DNA of 64,000 nt from a bacterium (lineage in GTDB: Bacteria; Patescibacteriota; Minisyncoccia; UBA6257; WO2-44-18). A program made the translations under genes and the position numbers. This document shows positions 48,230 through 57,326 of the stretch, in pieces. Position 1 is the stretch's first letter. Each line of letters starts with the position of its first letter. The DNA lies in the NCBI GenBank assembly GCA_030646995.1, contig JAUSKF010000005.1, positions 75,323-139,322 of the forward strand, in the 5' to 3' direction. The notes beneath the pieces are model-generated. The model saw only the letters and a list, made by a program, of their open reading frames with translations. It had not been told where the DNA came from and did no database searches.

Positions 48230-48901
48230 TTACGGAATAATGGTTGGCTTGCGTCGGTGCTTAATAAATTCAAGCACAGTCGGCACTAATGACACTATGA
48301 TTATCCCTATGATTACTAGGCCGAAATTTTCTTTAATAATCGGAATGTTTCCGAAGAAGTAGCCGGCGAGCGAAAAAGCCATGACCCATAAAATTCCTCC
48401 GGCCACATTGTAGGCAAGAAATTTCAGATAATTCATATGACCGATTCCGGCCACAAAAGGAGCAAAGGTGCGGATAATCGGGATAAAGCGGGCAATGACG
48501 ATGGTCTTTGCCCCATGAATTTCATAGAAATCATAGGCGCGGCGCAAATAATCTTTATTAAAAAATAAACTTTTTTCTTTAGAGAAAACCAGTGGCCCCG
48601 CTTTCCGGCCAATCCAATAATTTACGGTGTCGCCCAAAATAGCGGCGGTAGCAAGGAGGAGGATTAGGAGGCCGATATCAATACTTCCCAGCGCGGCAAT
48701 CGCTCCGGCAGCGAAAAGCAGAGAGTCTCCGGGCAGAAAAGGGGTGGCGACTATACCGGTTTCGAGAAAGATCACCAAGGTTAAGATACCGTAAGTCCAA
48801 ATACCGTAATTTTGGACGACGGTATTTAGATGCTCGTCGAGGTTCAAGAATAAATCGATTAATTGGCTTAGGATATCCATTGAGGGAATTTTAACATGCA
48901 T
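48230..48901 (-). CDS. DedA family membrane protein
   Basis: DedA/VTT-domain signature LETGIVATPFLPGDSLLFAAG in a multi-TM protein. Confidence 0.8.
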   Translation of the reverse strand: MHVKIPSMDILSQLIDLFLNLDEHLNTVVQNYGIWTYGILTLVIFLETGIVATPFLPGDSLLFAAGAIAALGSIDIGLLILLLATAAILGDTVNYWIGRKAGPLVFSKEKSLFFNKDYLRRAYDFYEIHGAKTIVIARFIPIIRTFAPFVAGIGHMNYLKFLAYNVAGGILWVMAFSLAGYFFGNIPIIKENFGLVIIGIIIVSLVPTVLEFIKHRRKPTIIP

Positions 48902-48940
48902 ACCAGACTTTATATAATGTAATAGAATGGTACAAATGAT
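48901..48940. promoter_or_regulatory. third (inverted) copy of the 36-bp repeat, in the dedA upstream region
   Basis: ATACCAGACTTTATATAATGTAATAGAATGGTAC is the reverse complement of the htrA-upstream unit. Overlaps a TATATA -10-like box. Confidence 0.5.
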
Positions 48941-48951
48941 AAACTTATTTT

Positions 48952-49773
48952 ATGTTTGGGTTTTGGAAAAAATCAGCAATTGTGGCAGCGGCCCTGGCTT
49001 TGGTTCCGTTGGCGGCCAATGCGGCGATTTTACGTAATTTGAAGCAGGGCGATCGGGGAGAAGACGTGCGGGAATTGCAGACAATTTTGAACAAGAGCCC
49101 CGACACTCGGGTCGCCTTGATTGGCCCCGGTTCCTCCGGAAACGAAACCGCCTATTTTGGCATCCTGACAAAAGTAGCAGTGATCAAATTCCAGGAAAAG
49201 TATGCCGCTGATATTTTGACTCCGGTGGGATTGAAGAGCGGCACCGGGTTTGTTGGCGGGCAGACGAGGATTCTTTTGCTACAACTGGCGGCTGGAAAGA
49301 CGGCTCCACTGGCGTCTCCTTCGACGAGCCCAGGGCAAGCGACACCCCAGGCCGTAAAGACCCCGCCACCGAAAATTGTTTCTATTTCCCCCGGCGTCGT
49401 GACCGCCAGCACCCGCGAGCTTACGATAACTGGCGAAAATTTTACGCCGACCGGTAACGCCGTAGTTGTTTCGAGCGAGCTGCCCGGCGCGTTCATTGAT
49501 CTTCCGTCCGCTGACGGCAAGGTAATAAAATTTAATTTTCACTTCGCGGCGGCCGATGCTTTGAAAAAGCAATTAGCCCCGATGATCGCTTCCGGTAGAT
49601 ACGCGGCCATTTCGGCATCCTTTACTAAAAATATCCAGGATCGGACCAGCCAGACCGGCAACGCCCAGATACCGGTTCAAGTTGAAGTCCGAAACTCCAA
49701 CGGGGCGAGCGCGCAATTTCAGATATTAGTTGATCTCACCGAGATTCTTAAAGAAATCGGCCCGCAATATTGA
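48952..49773 (+). CDS. hypothetical secreted protein (PG-binding-like plus Ig/IPT-like)
   Basis: Signal peptide, a peptidoglycan-binding-like block (DVRELQTILNKSPD...FGILTKVAVIKFQ) and an IPT-like segment (PKIVSISPGVV...ITGENF). Confidence 0.5.
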   Translation: MFGFWKKSAIVAAALALVPLAANAAILRNLKQGDRGEDVRELQTILNKSPDTRVALIGPGSSGNETAYFGILTKVAVIKFQEKYAADILTPVGLKSGTGFVGGQTRILLLQLAAGKTAPLASPSTSPGQATPQAVKTPPPKIVSISPGVVTASTRELTITGENFTPTGNAVVVSSELPGAFIDLPSADGKVIKFNFHFAAADALKKQLAPMIASGRYAAISASFTKNIQDRTSQTGNAQIPVQVEVRNSNGASAQFQILVDLTEILKEIGPQY

Positions 49774-50180
49774 TTATGATAAAGATTTTCCAAGCTACAT
49801 CGATAGTCGGTCTCGGAGTGGCGCTCGCCATGGCGATGGTCTTTTTGCCTATGCATGATTTTTCCCGCGCCCTAGCTCAAACAGCGAGCAGTGAAACTCC
49901 CTATGGTGGCCAGAGAGTCTATACGCTTACCTGTGATTGCAGCGGCAATGCATTGCTGTATATTATGGATTATCGAACCAACACTATCTTGACCCTTCTC
50001 TATCAAGAGGGGGCTTCTATTCTTTATAGTTATTACAATGTCTACACCAGCACTTACTTGCTGGGCACTTATTCATCCACCGGTAACAGCTGCAAGATAT
50101 ATGTCGGAGAGGATTGCGTGGATATATCTAACGAAGGCCAATTGGGTAGCCAGCCAGGCACCGGAACTTCGCAAAACTAA
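49770..50180 (+). CDS. hypothetical small secreted Cys-containing protein
   Basis: ORF overlapping the upstream stop (ATGA), with an N-terminal hydrophobic segment. Confidence 0.4.
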   Translation: MIMIKIFQATSIVGLGVALAMAMVFLPMHDFSRALAQTASSETPYGGQRVYTLTCDCSGNALLYIMDYRTNTILTLLYQEGASILYSYYNVYTSTYLLGTYSSTGNSCKIYVGEDCVDISNEGQLGSQPGTGTSQN

Positions 50181-50193
50181 AACCCGCCAATTG

Positions 50194-50276
50194 TGCTCGG
50201 GACAGGAGTTGAACCTGCACGCCCTTGCGGGCACAAGCACCTCAAGCTTGCGTGTCTGCCGTTTCACCACCCGAGC
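50194..50276 (-). tRNA. tRNA-Leu (anticodon GAG)
   Basis: Type II tRNA: acceptor GCTCGGG/CCCGAGC, anticodon loop TTGAGGT, long variable arm (TGCCCGCAAGGGCG), T-loop TTCAACT. Confidence 0.85.
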
Positions 50277-50280
50277 TTAT

Positions 50281-50943
50281 TTAAATGATATTCTTCTTGC
50301 CTATTATAGCGAGTACGGCCCTAATTTTCAAATATTTTCTTCTAAGACTCGTGGCGTGGTTTTTATAATATATCTTTGGCAACAATTTTAAAGATTCCGC
50401 TTTCGCATATTTTAGCTGATAGCACACACCCTTTTGGCCACGTCCGGTTACGTGGCCTTTGATATTCAATAATTCGTAAATTCGCTCACGCAGCCAGTTA
50501 ATGTGTTTTTTGCTTGCCGATACAAACTCGGTATAAAACATAAAACTGGACCTCCATCGGGGATCCCAGTAGGAATAGAATGTTCCGTCGCCATCAAAAT
50601 GTCCGCGTAAAAAATCAAAAAAGTATTGATTTGGTATTTCTAATGCGCTCATTACCTTCGACTTGTTCGCCATTAGTCCAATTTTTAATAAAAATCTATA
50701 GAAATTCACGTCACCAAACTGGATACGAAATGCCTTTTTACCAGTTTGCCCGGACGTTTTTTGTCCGATTTTATTTTTAATTCCTAGGCACCCCTTAAAA
50801 TTCTCTAGTTGTTCCTTGTCCTTGGAAGTTAGATCAAAGTGCCGGCTATCGGATGATAAATTGCCATCGGTGGTTAAAAGCCCGATTGCGTAGGCAAAGT
50901 TGGGCGACCATTCAAGTTTTATTTTGTTTTTCGGTAAGGCCAT
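50281..50943 (-). CDS. LAGLIDADG-family homing endonuclease (double-motif)
   Basis: Two LAGLIDADG blocks, AYAIGLLTTDGNLS and FLRGHFDGDGTF, at the typical spacing. Free-standing, with its stop 4 nt from tRNA-Leu(GAG). Confidence 0.82.
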   Translation of the reverse strand: MALPKNKIKLEWSPNFAYAIGLLTTDGNLSSDSRHFDLTSKDKEQLENFKGCLGIKNKIGQKTSGQTGKKAFRIQFGDVNFYRFLLKIGLMANKSKVMSALEIPNQYFFDFLRGHFDGDGTFYSYWDPRWRSSFMFYTEFVSASKKHINWLRERIYELLNIKGHVTGRGQKGVCYQLKYAKAESLKLLPKIYYKNHATSLRRKYLKIRAVLAIIGKKNII

Positions 50944-50993
50944 TTCTTACTATTATACCTCAAGGTAATAGCGTATGCCAATGAGGGGGTAAT

Positions 50994-51022
50994 CAAAAAG
51001 ACCCCTTTCGGGGTCTTTTTGA
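50994..51022. terminator. bidirectional terminator
   Basis: AAAAAGACCCC-tttc-GGGGTCTTTTT perfect hairpin between the homing endonuclease and rplS. Confidence 0.7.
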
Positions 51023-51412
51023 TTAGGATTTAGTTTCGACGGTTTCTTTCTTGGATTTCGCCGCGGTTTTAGTAGCGGCTTCTTTTTCTCCGCCGGTTCC
51101 TAATTTCTGACGAGTCTGACGCTTGGAAAGATCTCGGACATAGTAAATCTTGGAGCGGCTTACTTTTTTAGAGAAGCTGATTATATCCACCTTATCAATA
51201 CGAGGGGAGTAGATTGGAAAGATTTTTTCTACGCCTATTCCGGCAACAGTCGAGCGGACGGTAAAGGTGGCGCCCGGTTCAGAGCCATGTTTACGAGCCA
51301 AGACTAAGCCTTCAAAGCGGCTAACGCGGTCTTTGTCGCCTTCTTTTACCTTTTCCCAAACCCGGACAGTTGAGCCGGCTTTTATTTTACTTAATGTTTC
51401 TTTGGAAATCAT
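51023..51412 (-). CDS. rplS: 50S ribosomal protein L19 (with C-terminal basic extension)
   Basis: L19 core (GSTVRVWEKVKEGDKDRVSRFEGLVLARK...) with a lysine-rich tail. Confidence 0.88.
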   Translation of the reverse strand: MISKETLSKIKAGSTVRVWEKVKEGDKDRVSRFEGLVLARKHGSEPGATFTVRSTVAGIGVEKIFPIYSPRIDKVDIISFSKKVSRSKIYYVRDLSKRQTRQKLGTGGEKEAATKTAAKSKKETVETKS

Positions 51413-51444
51413 ATCCCGTCTATTATAGACTAATTGAAGATAAG

Positions 51445-52554
51445 ATGCAAATACTGGTGGATGCGCGGCTATTGTCGCGAGGTGGAAATTCGGGAGTGGA
51501 GGAATATACTCGCGGTTTATTGAGCGAGCTTTTTCAGCAGGGCCAAAGCGACACTTTCACTCTATTTTATAACGGACTAAATAAGGTTGCGCTGGAATCC
51601 CAGCTTCCGATAGCCGGTCGCAGTAATGTGCGGGTTCTAGATTTGAAGATTCCTAATAAGATATTTGATTTTTCTTCTCGGTTTTTGAATCGCCCTTTTA
51701 TTAATCGACTTTCTAAGGCCGACTTAATTTTCAGCCCGCATTTCAATAATTTGGCTTGGCAGGGAGTGCCACGCATAGTTACGATTCCCGATCTTTCTTT
51801 TATTCACCACCCGCAATTTTTTTCCTGGCGGCATCGTTTCTGGAATTGGCTGCAGAATGTTAAACGTCAGGCGCAATTATCGGATAAAATCGTCACTGTT
51901 TCCGAATTTACAAAGAGCGATATCGTGGATTTGTTAGGAGTTGCCCCGGAAAAGGTAAGTGTAATTTATCCGGGAATTTCCAAGATTTTCCGGCCAATGA
52001 CGGAGAGTAGGCCCGGCCGGCCATATATTTTGTATTTGGGAACCATCGAACCGCGCAAAAATATTGCTTTGCTGATCAGGGCTTTCAATGTTTTGAAGCA
52101 GGAGCCCCACTTTAAGGATTGGCAGTTGATAATCGCCGGCAGGTTGGGTTGGCTTTATGATCAAGTGTTACGGGAGGCAAAGAATTCTCCGTTCTCCGAG
52201 GATATAATTTTTCGCGGAGCCGTCGAAAGCCAAGAGCGGGTTTCGTTGTATAATTTAGCTAGGGTGTTCGTTTACCCTTCTTTTTTTGAGGGCTTCGGAT
52301 TTCCACCGTTGGAGGCGCAGGCTGTCGGGTGTCCGGTGATTGTTTCTGATAGAACTTCTCTGCCGGAGGTTCTGGGCGCGACCGCGCTGTATGTTAATCC
52401 TTGGAAAGTGATGGATTTAGTTGATTCAATCAAACGACTAGATCAGGACGATAGCCTGCGATCCAAAATGATTACGGGGGGCATCGAAAATTCAGGGAAA
52501 TTTGATTGGAAAAATTCTGCCGAGCAAACACTCAAGCTATTCCATGCCCGGTAG
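51445..52554 (+). CDS. GT4-family glycosyltransferase
   Basis: GT-B fold with the E-x7-E region and YILYLGTIEPRKN / FVYPSFFEGFGFPPLEA motifs. Confidence 0.85.
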   Translation: MQILVDARLLSRGGNSGVEEYTRGLLSELFQQGQSDTFTLFYNGLNKVALESQLPIAGRSNVRVLDLKIPNKIFDFSSRFLNRPFINRLSKADLIFSPHFNNLAWQGVPRIVTIPDLSFIHHPQFFSWRHRFWNWLQNVKRQAQLSDKIVTVSEFTKSDIVDLLGVAPEKVSVIYPGISKIFRPMTESRPGRPYILYLGTIEPRKNIALLIRAFNVLKQEPHFKDWQLIIAGRLGWLYDQVLREAKNSPFSEDIIFRGAVESQERVSLYNLARVFVYPSFFEGFGFPPLEAQAVGCPVIVSDRTSLPEVLGATALYVNPWKVMDLVDSIKRLDQDDSLRSKMITGGIENSGKFDWKNSAEQTLKLFHAR

Positions 52555-52634
52555 CCACAACTGCGACTGCGCTTCGCGCGTCTGTTAAAAATTATGACTA
52601 TGAATTATTTTCAAAAATTGAATAAAATCTCCAG

Positions 52635-54632
52635 TTGTCGGATTGGAGAATGGTTATGGTCGCAGTTGTGGCACCGGGCATGAAATACATTGATATTCGC
52701 CCGCCAAAGCCTCGTCGGCGCCGGCCTACGGTTTATAAAGTGCCGGTTGATTTGCCGTATATACCAATCGCCAGAAGAGAACCTTCTGAAGAGCGACGGC
52801 CAAATTTAAAAGTTCCCCTTATCGGTACTTTAGCCGTGTTCTTGTCGGTGATAGTTTTTTTTGGGTTCAATCTGATGAAATTCAAAGAGCAGGCAGAGCA
52901 AACCGGCCCGGTAGTTTACAACAATTTCAAAGCCGGTGCGGCGGCGCTTTTCAATTTTGATCTTGGTTTAGCGAAAGAATCTTTTCAAAAAGCATCCGAT
53001 GATCTGGCAATGTTGAATGAGAAGACGCCGTTGAATACCGCGCCGGCGGTTTTGAATACTTTTTTGAAGATTAGCCAGACTTCGGTTGCTCTCAGCGCCG
53101 ACCTCGAGGATCTGAAGAAAAACGGCTTGGCTTTCATCATCAATAAACAGGGAGCCTTTTTGATAAAGAAATTGCATCATATTCAGGAATTGGTCGGGGA
53201 GATCGGAAAATTAGGCGACAAGCTGAAAAGCCAAGCGGCTAATCTTGGCTATAAGAGCGATGAAGAGTTCGCCGGACTGAATACTAAATTGGGCGAGGCT
53301 GATCAATTCTTGTCGGCATTTTTGAAATGGTTGGAGGCGCCGAAGAAGCAGCGTCTGGTGGTGTTGTTTCAGAATCCTTCGGAGATCCGCCCATCGGGGG
53401 GGTTTATCGGTAGTTACGCCATCGCCACCTTATTTCAGGGAAATCTTTTGGAACTAGAGACCCGCGACATCTATGATCCTGATGGCCAGTTGGATTTGAA
53501 GATTATTCCGCCGAAGGCATTACAGGGGGTAACGGATAAGTGGGGGGCGAGAGATTCCAATTGGTTTTTTGATTTCCCGATGTCGGCCAGAAAGGTGTTG
53601 GAATTTTTGGAAGCTTCAAAGATTTATAGCGAGCAGGGGATTCGTTTCAGTGGGGCGGTGGCGATTAATGTGGATGTGATGCAAGACTTAATTACCATTG
53701 TTGGGCCGTTTGAGTTGCCGGAATATGGCTTAACCATAAGCGACGATAATTTTTTAAAGGAGGTACAGCGGGAAGTAGAGTCTGGTAAAGATAAAGAAAA
53801 GGGCGAGCCGAAAAAAATTATCAAAACTTTGGCGCCGATGATTTTTATGGAAATTGCGAAATTAAGCGAAGCGCAAAAAGAGGATTTACTGAAAAAAATG
53901 GCGACGCGGCTGAAAAATAAAGATTTGATGGTGTATTTCAAAGACCCCGCGATTCAGCGGTACACTAAAGAACTGGGAATCGGTGGAGAAGTCATGGCTT
54001 TGCCGGAAGAGTTTACAGGAGAATACTTGGCGGTAGTGAACGCGAATATTGCGGGGGGTAAGAGCGATGCCTTAATCGAACAAGTGATTAAGTTTTCAAG
54101 CATTATTGATGAAGACGGCGACGCAAAGAATAATTTAACAGTGACTAGAAAGCACAATGGCGCCAATGAGAAAGATTGGTGGTACAAGGCCACTAATAAG
54201 AATTATCTACAGGCCTATGTTACTTCCGGGTCTATTTTAAAAAAGACTACCGGCGCTACTCCGCGGACCGTTGTGCCGGCCGTTGATTATGTAAAACAAG
54301 GATACGCCAAAGACCAGGACTTGGTGGCGTTAGAGAGTGGCGACTCTTTGGGCAGGGAAGTGTTGGCTAGTTGGTTGAATGTGAAGGCTGGAGATTCGGG
54401 TAAATTGTCTTTTGATTATCAGCGTTTGGGAGTGGTGGATTTGTCTAAAACTTCCCTCTATCAATTTATTTTTGAAAAGCAATCCGGAGTCGGTGGAAGA
54501 TTAGAAGTTAATTTACGAGCGCCGGAGGGTTTTCAGTGGCGGGAGAGTGGCGCTCGGGATTTTCAATATTCTAGCGACGATCTACCGGCGAGAATTGTTT
54601 TAGATCTAAATCTGGAGGCCGCTTTGCGCTAA
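52635..54632 (+). CDS. large hypothetical membrane-anchored protein
   Basis: 665-aa ORF with an N-terminal TM segment. No catalytic motif recognised. The start is uncertain. Confidence 0.45.
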   Translation: MSDWRMVMVAVVAPGMKYIDIRPPKPRRRRPTVYKVPVDLPYIPIARREPSEERRPNLKVPLIGTLAVFLSVIVFFGFNLMKFKEQAEQTGPVVYNNFKAGAAALFNFDLGLAKESFQKASDDLAMLNEKTPLNTAPAVLNTFLKISQTSVALSADLEDLKKNGLAFIINKQGAFLIKKLHHIQELVGEIGKLGDKLKSQAANLGYKSDEEFAGLNTKLGEADQFLSAFLKWLEAPKKQRLVVLFQNPSEIRPSGGFIGSYAIATLFQGNLLELETRDIYDPDGQLDLKIIPPKALQGVTDKWGARDSNWFFDFPMSARKVLEFLEASKIYSEQGIRFSGAVAINVDVMQDLITIVGPFELPEYGLTISDDNFLKEVQREVESGKDKEKGEPKKIIKTLAPMIFMEIAKLSEAQKEDLLKKMATRLKNKDLMVYFKDPAIQRYTKELGIGGEVMALPEEFTGEYLAVVNANIAGGKSDALIEQVIKFSSIIDEDGDAKNNLTVTRKHNGANEKDWWYKATNKNYLQAYVTSGSILKKTTGATPRTVVPAVDYVKQGYAKDQDLVALESGDSLGREVLASWLNVKAGDSGKLSFDYQRLGVVDLSKTSLYQFIFEKQSGVGGRLEVNLRAPEGFQWRESGARDFQYSSDDLPARIVLDLNLEAALR

Positions 54633-55293
54633 AGTGCATCTTTTTTCCGTTTGGCATGGTGAGCTCCAGCGATTCTGCATGTAAAAATTGTCGCTTAATA
54701 AATTTCGGCGCTTTTCTTGTGGTGTATACGGCATCGCCCACAATTGGGTGACCGATAGACGCGAGGTGAACTCTGATTTGGTGAGTTCGGCCGGTTTTTG
54801 GCTCTGCTTCAACAAGAGTAAACAGCTCGTGCTCTCCGGGAAGGGAATAAACTCCGAGTACCCGATAGATGGTAATGGCGTCTTTAATCATTGCCGTTCC
54901 TTTTGTGCGGGTGGTGCGTTTTAACGTGCCGGATTTTAATCCGAGTGGGCGGTCAATGATCCCTGATGGTTTTTTAATTTCGCCCCAAACCATTGCTTGG
55001 TACACCTTTTTGATTTCGTGGTTCTGGAAGAGTTTTTTCAGATATTCAAAGGTTTTTTGGTTACGGGCAACCACCATCACTCCGGATGTGTCTTGGTCCA
55101 GTCGGTGCACGATTCCCGGCCGATTTTCCGGATCATCGCCAACTTTTTTAACTTCCGGATATTTTTTCACCAGCCATTTAACCAGCGAATTTTCGTCGGC
55201 GAATTTTTTAATCGGATGCACCAAAAGACCGGCGGGCTTATTGAGCACCACCAGATTCTTGTCCTTGTAGATAATTTTTGGTTGGCGGGTCAT
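54571..55293 (-). CDS. RluA-family pseudouridine synthase
   Basis: HRLDQDTSGVMVVARN catalytic-Asp motif. Confidence 0.85.
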   Translation of the reverse strand: MTRQPKIIYKDKNLVVLNKPAGLLVHPIKKFADENSLVKWLVKKYPEVKKVGDDPENRPGIVHRLDQDTSGVMVVARNQKTFEYLKKLFQNHEIKKVYQAMVWGEIKKPSGIIDRPLGLKSGTLKRTTRTKGTAMIKDAITIYRVLGVYSLPGEHELFTLVEAEPKTGRTHQIRVHLASIGHPIVGDAVYTTRKAPKFIKRQFLHAESLELTMPNGKKMHFSAKRPPDLDLKQFSPVDRR

Positions 55294-55312
55294 TAGGAGA
55301 TTTTATTATCTG

Positions 55313-55384
55313 TGCGCCCTGGAGGGATCGAACCTCCGACCTTTTCAATGTCAATGAAACGCTCTACCACTGAGCTAAGGGCGC
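55313..55384 (-). tRNA. tRNA-Val (anticodon GAC)
   Basis: Acceptor GCGCCCT/AGGGCGC, anticodon loop TTGACAT, T-loop TTCGATC. Confidence 0.85.
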
Positions 55385-55403
55385 AATAATTTTCGGAGGA
55401 CTG

Positions 55404-55475
55404 TGCGTGTGGAAGGAATCGAACCTTCGACCTCTGTCTTATCAGGACAGCGTTCTACCACTGAACTACACACGC
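55404..55475 (-). tRNA. tRNA-Ile (anticodon GAU)
   Basis: Acceptor GCGTGTG/CACACGC, anticodon loop CTGATAA, T-loop TTCGATT. Confidence 0.85.
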
Positions 55476-55530
55476 ATAATGTAGCGCGTATTCGATACTT
55501 TATCAGATGATTTGCCGATTTTCAAATCGA

Positions 55531-55773
55531 TTATTGGGCCTTTTGGATTTTCTGGAATCCCTCCAAGTCGAAGGTGGCAATCTCGGGAGTCTTGCGAATG
55601 TCGGCTCCGGAAATGGCTGAGAGATTTTGCAACAGGAAGTTCAGGAGATAAATCACATAAATCATCAGCGCCAAAGCGATTGTGATACCCGCAACATATA
55701 ATATAGCCGCGTTCTTTTTCATTTTATTGGAAAAATACCTGACCTTCGGCAATAATGTTGAAATTATCGCCAC
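55531..55773 (-). CDS. small membrane protein, hypothetical
   Basis: 80-aa ORF with one TM helix. Confidence 0.3.
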   Translation of the reverse strand: MAIISTLLPKVRYFSNKMKKNAAILYVAGITIALALMIYVIYLLNFLLQNLSAISGADIRKTPEIATFDLEGFQKIQKAQ

Positions 55774-56266
55774 CCGACTGGCGAGTCATATCAACGGAAT
55801 TAAATTTAATGTATAACTGGCCTTTTTCTACATCCTTGAGGAATTTGGACCAATTTGCGTAAGTGGCGAGTCCCGTCAGAGAGAATTTAATAAATCCGGG
55901 AGTGTCGGCGGTGCTGGAAGTTTCGCCTCCGAAATCAAAACTTAATTCGGCGCCATTTTTTTGGGCCAAGTCGGTCATTTCCCGGCCGAAGTTGATTAGC
56001 TTGTCCTTGGAGGGGAGGACGACGTCCAGTTTTTTGGTGAGTGGGGCGGCCTTATCGGCGTCGTTTTTCAAGGTTGCCAGCGATTCGGTGGCTCGAGTAC
56101 GCAGCGCCAGTTCATTGCGTAATTCAGTGATATTGGTTGAATTTTTTCCCACATGCCAGGCTAAAAATTGCACCACTCCCACCGCGAGAATTGTTAATCC
56201 CAAGCTTATGCCCAGTTGAATCCAGAGTTGCTTTTTAAAAAGGTCCATACAATAGTAGTATAACAC
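55724..56266 (-). CDS. hypothetical membrane-anchored protein (PilO/PilN-like topology)
   Basis: N-terminal TM segment followed by a coiled-coil and an alpha/beta periplasmic domain. Family assignment is weak. Confidence 0.35.
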   Translation of the reverse strand: MLYYYCMDLFKKQLWIQLGISLGLTILAVGVVQFLAWHVGKNSTNITELRNELALRTRATESLATLKNDADKAAPLTKKLDVVLPSKDKLINFGREMTDLAQKNGAELSFDFGGETSSTADTPGFIKFSLTGLATYANWSKFLKDVEKGQLYIKFNSVDMTRQSGGDNFNIIAEGQVFFQ

Positions 56267-56269
56267 TCT

Positions 56270-57322
56270 ATGGATTCAGCCGATTTGTTATCCGAAAAGA
56301 AGTTTTATAACGCGCTTTGTGTCGCCAATCACGGAGACATTTTTGATATGAAAAAAATCCGAACCGCCTTTTCTTCTTGGGCCGAGGCCTGGGCTAAAGG
56401 AGGGAGCGGGCGGAATATTGATCCGGAAGCCGAATGGGAAAAACTTTCAGAACTGGGTATCAGTCTGTCTCTTCGCGGCGATAAGGATTTTCCGGTTCTT
56501 TTGAGTGAGGCAACTGACGCCCCATTCGCCATTTATTATAAAGGCATTATTCCGAAGGACGGGCGAAGCGTTTCAATCGTCGGCACTCGCAGGGCAACTA
56601 TGATCGCCAAAAGCGCCGCTAAAGACTTTGCGAGCCAGCTGGTCAAATCCGGCGTGGCAGTGATTAGCGGTTTAGCGATGGGCATTGATACTGCCGCTCA
56701 CGAAGGGGCGCTCGCCGCAGGTGGGAAAGCAATTGCTGTCTTGGCCAATTCTTTGGACTCGGTATATCCACGGCAGAATGAAAACTTAGCAAGACGAATT
56801 TTAGAAACCGGAGGCGCGCTGATTAGTGAGTATCCTTTAGGATCGGAAACTTTTCCGGTTAGATTTTTAGAGCGTAATCGGATTGTCAGTGGATTGTCTC
56901 CGGCGACTCTTGTGATTGAGGCTCCGGAAGATTCCGGTTCTCTGGTGACGGCGAATTTAGCCTTAGAGCAGAACCGGGAAGTTTTTGTGGTGCCGGGGCC
57001 GGTGAGCCATGAAAATTATCAAGGCTCGCATAAGTTAATTCGCGCGGGAGCGCGATTGGTAACCTCGGCTGCCGAGATTTTGGAGGATTTAGGTTGGCAG
57101 GATGAGGCGTCTCAAACCGCTTCGCTCTTGGAGCTTCCCATAGCTAAATTGGCTGCCGGGGAGAAAGTAGTCTTTAACGCCCTACGGAGCGCCGGCGAGG
57201 CTCTTCAAGTTGACAGAATACAAGAAATAACCAGAATGAGTGTTCTGGAAGTCAGCCGTAATCTGACTTTTTTGCAGATAAAAGGTTTAATTAAAGAAGA
57301 TGCTGGGCGTTACACAGTTTAA
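56270..57322 (+). CDS. dprA: DNA processing protein DprA/Smf
   Basis: Rossmann-like DprA core (VSIVGTRRAT...VISGLAMGIDTAAHEGAL). Confidence 0.9.
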   Translation: MDSADLLSEKKFYNALCVANHGDIFDMKKIRTAFSSWAEAWAKGGSGRNIDPEAEWEKLSELGISLSLRGDKDFPVLLSEATDAPFAIYYKGIIPKDGRSVSIVGTRRATMIAKSAAKDFASQLVKSGVAVISGLAMGIDTAAHEGALAAGGKAIAVLANSLDSVYPRQNENLARRILETGGALISEYPLGSETFPVRFLERNRIVSGLSPATLVIEAPEDSGSLVTANLALEQNREVFVVPGPVSHENYQGSHKLIRAGARLVTSAAEILEDLGWQDEASQTASLLELPIAKLAAGEKVVFNALRSAGEALQVDRIQEITRMSVLEVSRNLTFLQIKGLIKEDAGRYTV

Positions 57323-57326
57323 TTTT

